Source of the DNA: Octopus sinensis
Taxonomy: Eukaryota
NCBI RefSeq assembly: GCF_006345805.1
Contig: NC_043000.1
Location: forward strand, 147,808,001 to 147,872,000
Direction of reading: 5' to 3'
DNA: 64,000 nucleotides
This document shows, piece after piece, positions 26,080-37,392 of this stretch. The translations under genes and the position numbers were made by a program. Numbering within the stretch: the first letter of the stretch is position 1; every line of letters starts with the position of its first letter. The notes below the pieces were generated by a model. The model saw nothing but the letters and a program-made list of their open reading frames with translations. It ran no database searches and had not been told where the DNA came from.

Positions 26080-26470
26080 CACTACTACTATTAACACTAC
26101 CATTACCACAAATTACACTACCACTACTAGTACTGTTGCTGCTACTATCAATACTATCACATGACTAATGCTATCACTATTACAGCCAATACTACCGCAC
26201 CTACGGTCCTCATCACTGCTACTACTATCACTACTATTGACACTACCAACACTACAACAACCATCCCTACTATGGTTATTAAGACCATACCACTGCTACA
26301 ACAATTACCTCTATCCTCGCTGCAACTACTACCATCACCACTATATCAATGCTGATGACAATCCCACTACCAGAACAGTGGCCACAACATTATCAGATAG
26401 CATGAAGGGGTGTGTAATTGTAGTATTGCTGGTAGTACTAGTTGTGGTGGTAGTAGTGTTAGTGAAGGTA
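26080..26470. repeat. Degenerate (ACT/CTA)n low-complexity tract
   Basis: Decayed trinucleotide repeat producing spurious Thr-rich ORFs. Confidence 0.8.
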
Positions 26471-27098
26471 GACTTGCGTTTGTTTAACATCCTCTAGTTC
26501 TCACTTTGTCTTTTCATTATTCTCCCACACTATCTTTTCCTCTTTTACTGATACACACACCACACGTGCATGCAGATGTGAATAAATACAGATTGTTTGA
26601 TTTTACATGTCATGAACTCTCACTTTCTATCTCCTCTTTTCTCTTAATACTTATTTTTTCATCCTCACTCCATTTTTATCTCTTTATCTCTCTTTGTAAC
26701 TTTGTCCATGCCTCTGTCTTCCTTTCCTGGCTTTGACATACACTAGGAAAATAATGCAACCGTGTAATATAGCCTTTGGGATGGGAAATGACTAATAAAA
26801 TAAGTACCAAACCTTAAAAAAGTGGTGTTCTAGCATGGCCATAGTCCAGTGGCCGAAACAAGAAAGAAAAAAATAAAGAAAATGTTTTAGAGAAGAAAAA
26901 CTAAATTACTTGATGGCATACAAGGAAATAGTGTTTGGATGACAAAACTTTTGTTGGTTATTCTTGGGAATAAAATTGTTATTTGCAGAAAAATAAAATG
27001 GTGAAAGATATGCATTCTTTATATTAATGTTAATTGCAAAAAGAAAAAAAAAGAGCATATTTTAATTCTTTTTTTTATTTTTATATTTTTCCCATCAG

Positions 27099-27960
27099 AG
27101 ATAAATCTCCATCTTCTGGTTCTTCCACCCCAGTGAACAGAGATTCACCCGTCTTCAAACGCAAGTTTGGCATGAGGAAACGATCTTATTCAAAATCTAC
27201 GAGGAATTCATTTTATATTGGAGATTCAGATGTATCACAATCTTCTGAAAGCTTAAGTAGTTTTCAGAATAAAGACGAGATTTTAGACAAAGCACGACCA
27301 GCAAGTTTTCATCTTGAAGATTCTGAAAAATGGTTGGAAGGACATATGCGATCTCGCTCTTTCCAGAAAGAGAACTCTAAGAAAAATGCAGATTATCTTA
27401 CTAACAAAAGAATTAATGACAATTCTACATTGGTACAGGTTAGAGAAAAGCTAAAAGAGCACAGTTCCTCACCTGCTATTTGTGTACAGCAAAGAATTCA
27501 TGACAACAGTTCAAGTTTAAGTGCTACACCTCCAGACTCTTTTCTTACGAGTAATGTTTGTCACAGTATGATATCAAGTGTTTACAAGCAGACGCTTCCA
27601 TCTGTCACTACTGCAGATGGGAATAATTTGCGGATCTATGTTGAAGATGTTGATGCTCAGAACATGCAAGTGGAAACTGAAGATGAAAACAGTTCTAGAA
27701 CTGACCGTGAGAGTTCCATCCAGTCTATTGAAGAATTGGAATCGGGGAGTCGGCCAGCTCATGATCCTCAAGCTGAAATCATCTCATTGTCAGACTCCAC
27801 AGACACCAACTCAGACATCACTGCTCTTAGTGAACCTGTAGATTCTGACATTAGAAAAGAAAATAGTGACACTCCGTGCACTTGTCTGGATCACCAGATT
27901 CAATTGTTTCTTGTTATGAAACATTTACAACATGCTGAACGGATTAGTTCAAGTATCCAG
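27099..27960 (+). CDS. STK11IP: STK11IP-like large exon (287 codons, Ser/acidic-rich, ends in DHQIQLFL motif)
   Basis: Long pyrimidine tract + catcag|, donor CAG|gtaaga; lies inside ORF 27034-28008; phase 2 to 0; LDHQIQLFL parallels DHRLRLFL of STK11IP. Confidence 0.92.
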
Positions 27961-27988
27961 GTAAGAAAAATCACTATTAATTTCTTCT

Positions 27989-28396
27989 TACTGTCACATT
28001 CACGTTAGATTGACAGTATACAACCATTCTATCGCCCCACCACCGTACATATCTCTATGAGAGATTTAGAAATTTAATATTTCTGATTTTGGTAATCAGT
28101 GAATAAACTTCACTGAAAATTAGATATATACATTTGCGAATCGGGACAGATATCAACAGCTGGCGGGCGTCTGCTACTCTAGACCGATGATGGACAATGA
28201 TCCTGAAACATGCGTGTCTCTAGATGCAGGCCTGGCTGCTGGGGGTGTTTGTCTCCCCTTCGTAAATGTATATAAGGACACAGGAAAAATGTGTCGAAGC
28301 CAGCAGGAAGCATCGATGCTTCCTAGGGCTAAACAGCGGTGGTGTAACCCCCTACTGCCACGTTCACATTAGATTGACAGTATGCAACCATTCTAT
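27989..28396 (+). mobile_element. Retrozyme-like ~364-nt monomer plus 44-nt terminal redundancy
   Basis: Direct repeat 27989-28032 / 28353-28396 (4 mismatches); contains the hammerhead and several hairpins. Confidence 0.7.
28179..28223 (+). ncRNA. Type I hammerhead ribozyme motif (retrozyme-like element, copy 1)
   Basis: CTAGA-CCGATGA-T-GGA/CAATGA/TCC-T-GAAA-CATGCGT-GTC-TCTAG; helices I, II and III close around the core; predicted cut after C28218. Confidence 0.75.
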
Positions 28397-28674
28397 ACAA
28401 CATATAGTTTAGAAGAAATGCTAGACTTTAAAGTTCTGCTAGTCTCAAAGTGTTTGCATGTATAACCAGTCACCTGTAGATAAGTATGAACACTGATTAA
28501 TGTATAAACAGCCACTGCATGAACACCGATTACATAAAAGTAATGTCTGAAAGTGTTTTAGCAAATTTTCTTTGAATTTGATAAAAGAAGTACCAATTGA
28601 TCAATAGAGATGATAAAATCAACTTACTCCTTCCCCCAAAATTGCTGGCCTTGTGCCTATAATAGAAAGGATTA

Positions 28675-29030
28675 TTATTTTGATTTGGCTCAGATTCGGT
28701 TTTATTCATGGTAGGGATTATGTGGAGAGCGGGTTACTACCTGTAACCTTAGGTATTCACAAGTTCTCAGCAGTCTTTCAAGTGCTTTGGACCCTCCTGA
28801 TAATCCTTGCAGTCCCTAAGAGAGAAACTTTCTGTAGGAGCTCTACTGGGCATTCTATTTCAATCTCCCTCAACCATTTGTCTATATCTTGGCATACTGA
28901 TCCTAGTGCAACAGTTATTATAGGCACAGCCTTTACTGTTCAAATGCTCCAAATTCTGCCTATTTCAAATTTTAGGGGATTGTATTTTTTTTTTGTCTTT
29001 CTTCCTCTTTCCTTATGATCCTGGAATCAA
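28675..29030 (-). mobile_element. R4/Dong-clade (RLE-type) LINE 3' fragment
   Basis: PFDSRII...LKFEIGRIW...AVPIITVALGSV...ELLQKVSLLGTARIIRRV*, ending next to an (AAT)n tail. Confidence 0.75.
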
Positions 29031-29051
29031 AAGGGTATGATGGGTACCCTT

Positions 29052-29285
29052 AAGGCGGCGAGCTGGCAGAAACGTTAGCATGCCGGGCGAAATGCTTAGC
29101 GGTATTTCGTCTGCATTACGTTGTGAGTTCGAATTCCGCCGAGGTCAACTTTGCCTTTCATCCTTTCGGGGTCGATAAATCAAGTACCAGTTACGCACTG
29201 GGGTTGATGTAATCGACTTAATACCTATGTCTGTTCTTGTTTGTCCCCTCTGTGTTTAGCCCCTTGTGGGTAATAAAGAAATAGG
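29052..29285 (+). mobile_element. SINE family B (AAGGCGGCGAGCTGGCAGAA head; GGTCGACTTTGCCTTTCATCC core)
   Basis: 12-bp TSD GGTATGATGGGT. Confidence 0.9.
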
Positions 29286-29730
29286 TATGATGGGTCCTCT
29301 TTTACCCCATTTCATTCTTTTTTTTTTTTTCACTTTTGACTGCAATTTTGGTCATGATTAATAGCTTGATGACAACCTGCCAGATCTTGATCAGTTGCTC
29401 CCTGCTTGTTGTGTGCGGCACCTTCACTGTTAACAGTGCTAGTCCCATTGGCGCAATTGTGGTTATTATTTAATTTTGACATCACTCATTTAGAGGTAGC
29501 ATTTGTAAGGTTGTACAATCACCAGTAATTTCATCACGACACCATCACTAGGTGGGTTGCTAGCCAAGGCATTGATTATCCACACCTGCCCTTGTGTACA
29601 CTGTTTTTAGTGCCATTTTTATTCAATCCATTGTTTTTGACATCATTATTATTATTATTATTATTATTATTAAGGTGGTGAGCTGGCTGAACTGTTAGTA
29701 CGCTGGACAAAATGCTTAGTGGCATTTCTT

Positions 29731-29934
29731 AGAGCTCTTTTACTCTTTTACTTGTTTCAGTCATTTGACTGCGGCCATGCTGGAGCACCGCCTTTAGTCG
29801 AGCAAATCGACCCCGGGACTTATTCTTTGTAAGCCCAGTACTTATTCTATCAGTCTCTTTTGCCGAACCGCTAAGTGACGGGGACGTAAACACACCAGCA
29901 TCGGTTGTCAAGCAATGCTAGGGGGACAAACACA
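29731..29934 (-). mobile_element. SINE family A, 3' half
   Basis: Truncated copy. Confidence 0.85.
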
Positions 29935-30720
29935 GGTCTCCTCAAGAACAGCAGGTCACTCTACGATCCAAAGTTAGCACAGCAGGCCGTCCTGCAAGCC
30001 ATGAACTCACTTCATTTGTCGGGTCTTCGAAGTTTGAAATAACAGGTGTGGAGATGTAATAATTCTTCATTTATTCATGCTGTAAGTGGTTGGCATTAAA
30101 GTGTGCATTCAGCTGTAAAACCATGCCAAAGCAGACATTGGAGTTCAATGTATTCCTTGAACACATCAATTCCTGAGAAACCCTATGCCATAGAACATGG
30201 TTTCTTAAGTGATGATGATTCACTTTAGATTTTATATTATTGCTGTACTTGGTGATTCTGTTGATGAATGCTACCTAATAATTGAAAAGTACCACAGGCA
30301 CTGTATGTGCCTCTAGGGAGATGAATATTGAGTTTGCTGCTAATGCATTTCAATCATCATCATCATTTAGCGTCCGCTTTCCATGCTAGCATGGGTTGGA
30401 CGGTTCAAATGGGGTCTGTGAAGCCAGAAGGCTGCATCAGGCCCAGTCTAATCTGGCAGTGTTTCTACGGCTGGATGCCCTTCCTAACACCAACCACTCC
30501 GTGAGTGTAGTGGGTGCTTTTAACTGGTTTAGGGGTGTCCTATGGGATGACCTAGATGAGATGCGATTAACTGGTTTGCGTCATTAGACAGTGACCCTGC
30601 AGAAGTCTCACCTTCAAGGGTTTAGTCATTCCTATGGACACCAGCACTTCTTTTCTGTATTCTTAATTTATTTGAAACTGGTGTGAATTTTGGAAGTTTG
30701 AATTTTTGTTTTGTATTTAA

Positions 30721-30941
30721 CCCTTTAGTATTCAGATTATTCTGTCAAATGTAATGCTTATTTATTCCCATTGTTTTGAATTTATCATGCAAAAACATTA
30801 TAGCATTGAAATTTTGAGGATGTGATTGCTTATTCTTAGAATGACATTGTAGGATAAGTTTGCAAAGCCAGATCCGGTCAGTTTGAACATAGAACAGGTA
30901 GAATATTTGGGCCGGATATGGCCGGTTTAAATGCTAAAGGG
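30721..30941. mobile_element. piggyBac-type MITE, same family as 25220, opposite orientation
   Basis: TTAA|CCCTTTAG ... CTAAAGGG|TTAA; shared ccggccatatccggcc motif. Confidence 0.85.
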
Positions 30942-31002
30942 TTAAAATGAGTGCTTGCTGTTTTTCAAAGACATTTGTATTTTTAATTCCATTTATTTTC
31001 AG

Positions 31003-31100
31003 TGTCAAATTGTCCAGCACATCATTGGAGAATATCGAGGTTTACTAGTTTTGTCCACTATGAATATTTTTATTTTTCGGCTTCATGGACCTAATCCTAG
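31003..31100 (+). CDS. STK11IP: STK11IP-like exon (phase 0 to 2)
   Basis: tttattttcag|TGT CAA...CCT AG|gtaaga; CQIVQHIIGEYRGLLVLSTMNIFIFRLHGPNP. Confidence 0.88.
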
Positions 31101-31287
31101 GTAAGAAATTTTGTAAATAAATAACTATAAAATAAATAAATGAACAAATATTTAAAAAAGAACCCAGTTAAAATCACAATTTTTAGTTTATATTTTAATT
31201 TGATAAATGGTTAAGACTCATCATCTTATTGGCTCATAGCCTATTACTGACATTATATTATATATTTAAGAAAATACTTAAGAAGTT

Positions 31288-31578
31288 TTATTAAATCTCA
31301 GAACAAGATGTAAACAGTAATCGCTCGACAATGTAAAGTATCATAGCCATCTCAATATGGCTAACCACAAAGGGGAGGGGGTGGTGTTACTGTAGCTTTT
31401 TAGCCCCAGGAGATCATCGTCTCCAGCTGGCTTTAGACACAATTTCTGGGGCAAATACCTTAAGGGCACAGAAATTGTGTCTAAAGCCAGCTGGAGACGA
31501 TGATCTCCTGGGGCTAAAAAGCTACAGTAACACCCCCCCCCCTTTGTGGTTAGCCATATTGAGATGGCTATGATACTT
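31288..31578 (-). mobile_element. Fold-back retroelement remnant with 13-bp TSD
   Basis: Arms 31333-31448 / 31469-31581, 20-nt spacer, flanked by TACTTAAGAAGTT at 31275-31287 and 31579-31591. Confidence 0.7.
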
Positions 31579-32703
31579 TACTTAAGAAGTTGATTGACAG
31601 AATCATTAGGATGCTGACCTAAATGCCTACACTATTTAACCTCTTTACTTTCCAAAGTCAGTTTTACCATTCATCCTTCCATGTCTGAAAATAAAGTATG
31701 TCAAGTACTGGGGTCATTGTAATGAAATGTCCTACATGTGAATGAAATTACAATTGACAAAGACTTAACTTTATTGGCTTAATTTTTTTCCTAGCAGAAG
31801 ATTAGACATCTGACCTGGGAAATAATACCATGTTTGATGGTATATAAGAGGCACTTTTTTTTTAAATGTCTCAAAAATTCACCCTGTGTCCTATAAGTAA
31901 AGTTGGGCCTATGTTACATGTTTTAAGGCACTAAAACTCTCCTGAATATGTGCTGCTGAAATTGAGATGTGTTTAATATGCCTGTGCATCTTTTATGCCA
32001 TCAAATACCATGCATTATTCAGATGGAAAATTATTTGCCTTTCATCTAAATAATGTTACAGAAACTGAAAAGAAATTCATATAATTGACAAAAAGATGAA
32101 CTTTAAACTTCATTAATAAAACATCATCTAAAGTTTAGATTTTAGGGCATGAATACCATTTTAAATAATTGAGCCAGATGATGTTAGAAATAACTAAACA
32201 TTACATTAAATAAAAACAAACCATAAATTAGTAGCTTCATAATGTTGTATAAAACATTGTTTCTTTAAAACTAAACTGGATCTCTTCTTGTCGGGAGTCC
32301 CAGATGAACCTACCTAATGATAGGAGATGCAGATGCGGGCAGCAGCATCGAACTCCCTTGTTGATCAAGCGCCACGTATCAGAGGTGGATTCACATATTA
32401 GTGTAGCTCATTCAGCGGTGGTGCCCCAGCATGGCCGTGGCCTTCGGGCTAAAACATTTTTAAGGATTTTAAGAAAGTATTATCATGAACGCACCAATGT
32501 AGAATATTTTGTAATTAATCAAGTAATGTCTTATAGTATAACTAATACTTTGATAACTGTTTTTCTGGCAGGAGTTTTGCATTTCAGTTAGAAGCAAATA
32601 AGATGAAATTATTTCAATGATTATCATCCCCATTGTTATATTGATTTTCTAATCTGTCTACAATGTTAGAATTATATTTTAATATTCATCATTTTTCATT
32701 TAG

Positions 32704-32882
32704 TGAGAATCCAGAAAAGTTTGTTAAGCTACATTCCAAACATCCAATCACAGATGTGAAGTACTTAGACATTGGTTTGGGCCACCAAAGTTTACGGTTT
32801 GAATTCGATGAAGATTGTGCTAGCTATTCCTTTCTTATTAGAGATGAATATATCTGCCGGAATTTCATTAATGTTCTTCTCG
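32704..32882 (+). CDS. STK11IP: STK11IP-like exon (PH-like C-terminal region)
   Basis: tttcatttag|, G|gtaaga; ENPEKF...YLDIGLGHQSLRFEF...FLIRDEYICRNFINVLL parallels IELGLAGQSLRLEW...LLPRDARHCRAFLEELL. Confidence 0.92.
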
Positions 32883-33890
32883 GTAAGAAATCACAATTTT
32901 ACTTTTCTTTTATAGTTTGTTAAAATGATTATAAGTTATTCATGTCACATGTAGGTCATACAGAATTAAATAGCAGATATCACAAATAATTTCTACTTGA
33001 ATATTCATAATTAGAATAATTGCTAATTGTTGTAATTCATTATTAGTAACTGTTCTTGAATGGTTGATGAGCCCTATTGACCTTAGGGCTGTGCAGAATG
33101 GGTTTCATATGACTTTATGGTGGCACTGAACATTATGTTGGCACTATATGGTGGCACTATATGGTGGCACTGAACATTATGTTGAGTGCAGACATAAACC
33201 AGGCATTTTTAGAAGAGTAAAGAAACAAAGTTATGGTAGTCCTGACTTTCATAGAAGTCTTAACAACATAAACAAAGCAAAATGACTTCATGGTAATCAA
33301 AAAGTGATTTGAATAATCAGCTTATAAGGGAGACTCCTCTACTTTATTGCACTTGTCTCAATGTTTGTGAATATATTTACATAGTTCAATACCTCAAAGA
33401 CATGCTTTTCCCAGTATATTAATACTCAGTCCTGAATAGGTAAATACTGAAAATTTAATGACACTTAAATACTTTAACCAAAATTGTCTGAATGCATTCA
33501 CATCTTTGAAGGCGATGTAGATAGTTGAGATCTTAATGTATTAGCAATCAAATGCTTGAAGTGTTGTTACTAGTGTTGTACAGTACCCATGAAATATGTA
33601 TTTAACTCATAATAACTAATCTCAACTAGTTGTAAATTGGTAACAGAAAACACTGTGCTATATTACAAACAGTACAGAGTGTTGTGTAATTATTTACTAT
33701 TTTTGTTAGCTTGCCATGCTGAGATCAATTACTTTTATTAGCCCGGGGAAAGCAACAAGAAACTATTTCAACATATCATTTATTGAATCTCTGAATGATA
33801 AAATTAATCATTGGCAATCCAGGATCCCTGTTAGTTTAAGAACTTTTATCAAATCTTTTATTGTTATCCATACTATCTTACCAAAAGAAG

Positions 33891-34122
33891 ACAGTGAGCT
33901 GGCAGAAACATTAGCACGCTGGGTGAAATGCTTAGCAGTATTTTGTCTGTCTTTACGTTCTGAGTTCAAACTCCGCCGAGGTTGACTTTGCTTTTCATCC
34001 TTTCGGGGTCAATAAATTAAGTACCAGTTACCCACTGGGGTTGATGTAATCGACTTAATCCCTTTGTCTATCCTTGTTTGTCCCTTCTATATTTAGCCCC
34101 TTGTGGGCAATAAAGAAATAAG
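33891..34122 (+). mobile_element. SINE family B
   Basis: Homologous to 29052-29285. Confidence 0.85.
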
Positions 34123-34130
34123 AAACATTA

Positions 34131-34532
34131 GGCGCAGGAGTGGCTGTTTGGTAAGTAGCTTGCTAACCAACCACATGGTTCCGGGTTCAGTCCCACTGCG
34201 TGGCATCTTGGGCAAGTGTCTTCTGCTATAGCCCTGGGCCGACCAATGCCTTGTGAGTGGATTTGGTAGACGGAAACTGAAAGAAGCCTGTCGTATATAT
34301 ATATGTATGTATGTGTGTGTGTTTGTGTGTCTGTGTTTGTCCCCCTAGCATCGCTTGACAACCGATGCTGGTGTTTATGCGTCCCCGTCACTTAGCAGTT
34401 CGGCAAAGGAGACCGATAGAATAAGTACTGGGCTTACAAAGAATAAGTCCCGGGGTCGATTTGCTCGACTAAAGGCGGTGCTCCAGCATGGCCGCAGTCA
34501 AATGACTGAAACAAGTAAAAGAGTAAAGAGTA
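34131..34532 (+). mobile_element. SINE family A
   Basis: Directly follows a family-B SINE. Confidence 0.9.
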
Positions 34533-34700
34533 AGAGATTAATGTAGTAAAACTAAATTATTTGCTCATTAAAAATAAAATTGTCTTTAGAAAAATATTTT
34601 ATTGAATTTCAAATCTTGTTTAAAATTACAATGCATTTCTTTCTTTTTGTTGTTGTTATTGTTTAAATTTTACACTGGTTTTTGTTTTGAAATCTCTTAG

Positions 34701-34895
34701 ATTTAACAAAACGACTCAGCAATATGGGCCATATGAAGCCTGTACAGGTTTGCTTGTACCATCATGAAACCACTAAGAATCTAAGTCGCCTGCTCAAGAA
34801 AAATGATGATAGTGAAAACAAAGGTGTTGATGTGGATCATCCCGAGAAAAGTATTTCAGTTTATGTCTTAACAACACAACTAAAAGATGAGAAAG
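34701..34895 (+). CDS. STK11IP: STK11IP-like exon (phase 1 to 1; weak donor)
   Basis: aatctcttag|AT TTA ACA...; open to GAG AAA G|gttatt. The donor is non-consensus at +3, but its phase matches the next exon. Confidence 0.72.
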
Positions 34896-36187
34896 GTTAT
34901 TATTTGTACATTCTTTTTAAATTATTCGGTTGCCACATAAATTCATTCTTTTTTTTTTTCTTTTTATTTTAATATTTTCCAATGTTATTTGAATTAACAT
35001 GGAAACCATTTTTATTATAATGCTTTATGCTTTTTTTTTTGTAGCTCTATTCTTTGTCTACAACTTTTGTTTATTGTTTTTGAAATTTGAATAAATTATA
35101 CCTGTTTTGTAGACATATGATGATGGAGGGCCAAATAGAGAAAAAAAAACCAAATTTATCTGACAACCCAATATTCTACTTTCACAAAATCAAGCTTTTC
35201 ATTTCTTTCTTTGAAATAAGGATATCTTCTTAATAATATCAAATATTTTATTCAGTTAGTGTGTTTACCACAGTTACACTGTGGTAATTTTTCAGCATTT
35301 TCTGATAACTTCATTTTTTTCTGTTTAACAAGGACTAAAATAGTACTTTAGTCCTAACCCTTAAAGTCTGCCTCAAGCCTATGAAATCATGAAGCCAGAG
35401 CTTATCCAGATAGACAAAGCATCTAAGTTGAGAGTACAAATTTCTTCCCTGAATGGGAAACCAGTCCGGGTATCATTTGTACTTATTTTCATCTGAGTGT
35501 ATGAGAACAATGTGAAATGAAGTACTTTGCTGAAGGACACAATGTATCACTTGGTTTGAGATTTGAACTTATGGCCTGGTGATTGCGAACCTAATCTCCT
35601 AACCATTAAGCCATGTGTCTTCACATAACACATAATACGATGATAATATAATACAAATAATTGTATTTTTTAAAAATTTATTGTTTCATATTTATTTTCT
35701 TATATCACATTTTGAGTACAATTGCATCATTGGTTAAGTAGCACCCCTACCTATTATGCTTCAGTCTTTCTCTCTATATGGATTTATTCTTACCTGCGTT
35801 CTGAGCTCCAGGCTTTCCATTCAGGACCAGACAAACCTGGCCAGTTATTGAACCTCCACAAAACTCAAGTACAACCCACATTAGAGTATTGTCCACACAT
35901 CTCATTCAAGTGCAGTGTTCAAAAATATCCTGTATCACATCCAAAAGGCCATTCAACTCACAAACATGAAACAACAGCTAAGCTCACAGATATATTTCTT
36001 CCCTGTATCTTTTCACCACCACTACTATTGATACCTGATACTCTGTAATAAAGTTGAGTGGCTTCATCACACAAACTCTCACCTCTCATTTTCTTGTCAG
36101 TCCAATGATACCTCACTTTCTAGACCATGTGCTATTACACTACTGCTGAATCACTTATCTCAAGAACTCACTGAAAATATATATATA

Positions 36188-36689
36188 CAGGGTGTCCCAA
36201 AAAAATGTATACACAGACTGCAACAGTCTGTCATGCCAAGCATTAGAGAGGACTTTGAACAGGAAGAGTTTTATTTCCAGCAAGATCCTTTCTTAATGGG
36301 ATCTTGCCAAACAGGTGGATTGGACGGAGAGGTTTTGTTGAATACCCGCCACGTTCACCAGACCTCACACCACTAGACTTCTTTTTATGGGGATACCTAA
36401 AGGACGAAGTCTACGCACAGAAACCTGCAACAGTCGTTCAATTGAGGGCAACCATTGAACATGAATGTACGAATATCCCAAGGGAATTGTTCCATGATGT
36501 GTGCCATTCCATCGCTTTGCGTTGTCAGCAGTGTCTGGAGCAGAACGGACATCAGTTTGAGAACATGCGATAACAAGACAATAGAATGATATTTGTAAAT
36601 TCTTTTACATGTTGAAAATTATTCGAATTATAATAAACCCCAAATTTACAATTATTTAAGGTGTGTATACATTTTTTGGGGACACCCTG
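36188..36689 (+). mobile_element. Tc1/mariner internal-deletion derivative
   Basis: TA|CAGGGTGTCCCAAAAAAATGTATACAC ... GTGTATACATTTTTTGGGGACACCCTG|TA. Retains the transposase C-terminus (YPPRSPDLTPLDFFLWGYLK..., 36304-36573). Confidence 0.92.
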
Positions 36690-36706
36690 TATATTTACAA
36701 AGTCTA

Positions 36707-37006
36707 GACAGATATCTTCAGCTAGCAGGCCCCTGCTATTCTAGAACGATGATGGGCAAAGACCCTGAAACATGCGTGTCTCTAGATGCAGGCCTAGCTG
36801 TTGGGGGTATTTGTCTCCCCTTCGTAAATATATAAGCACACAGGAAATGTGTCATGGTCGACAGGAAGCGTTGATGCTTCCTAGGGCTAAACAGCGGTGG
36901 TGTAATTCCCTTACAGGACTGTCACGTTAAGTTGACAGTATACAACCACTCTATCGCTCCACCACCGTACATATCTCTATGAGATATTTAGAAATTTAAT
37001 ATTTCT
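36707..37006 (+). mobile_element. Second, circularly permuted copy of the retrozyme-like element
   Basis: Matches copy-1 segment 28145-28352 followed by segment 27989-28084. Confidence 0.75.
36741..36785 (+). ncRNA. Type I hammerhead motif, mutated core (retrozyme-like element, copy 2)
   Basis: CTAGA-ACGATGA-T-GGG/CAAAGA/CCC-T-GAAA-CATGCGT-GTC-TCTAG; helix II covaries with copy 1. Confidence 0.7.
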
Positions 37007-37222
37007 ATAAACCTGTAGTATTCTTTCTAATCACCATTTTCCTTATGGTTATCATCACCCACAAGAAGTTGAAAGTCACATCATCTGTATCAATCTTATC
37101 TATCTAAAAGAGCCTGTAAAGTTTTACAAGTTTTACACTTCTATTTCTAACTAATTAATATAAAAAAAAAAAAAAGAATTCAAATCAATGATGCTGAAGA
37201 TTTACTTTGTTTTGTTATTCAG

Positions 37223-37392
37223 GTGAACAGAAGTTACCAGTTTCAGTAGCCCTCATTGGACCTTTGTTATACCTTATAGTAGAAGATCACCAATGGCCGA
37301 TGCCTCGATTGCAACCAAGAATGCCGCCTGAAAGTATCCTTCCACAATTTGTTATTCATGATAAGCAGATCATTCTTGATATCACCAGTTTG
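37223..37392 (+). CDS. STK11IP: STK11IP-like exon (phase 1 to 0)
   Basis: tttgttattcag|GT GAA...AGT TTG|gtaaga; VSVALIGPLLYLIVEDHQWP...QIILDITSL. Confidence 0.88.

Noticed and set aside
26161-26497. Thr-rich/Leu-rich mucin-like ORFs
   Set aside because: Decayed (ACT)n microsatellite.
27574-27841. Alternative-frame and antisense ORFs within the large STK11IP exon
   Set aside because: Shadows of the real coding frame.
31485-31530. ACGATGA...AAAAAGCTA as a possible hammerhead in the fold-back arms
   Set aside because: No GAAA and helix I does not close; it forms a simple GGAGA/TCTCC hairpin instead.
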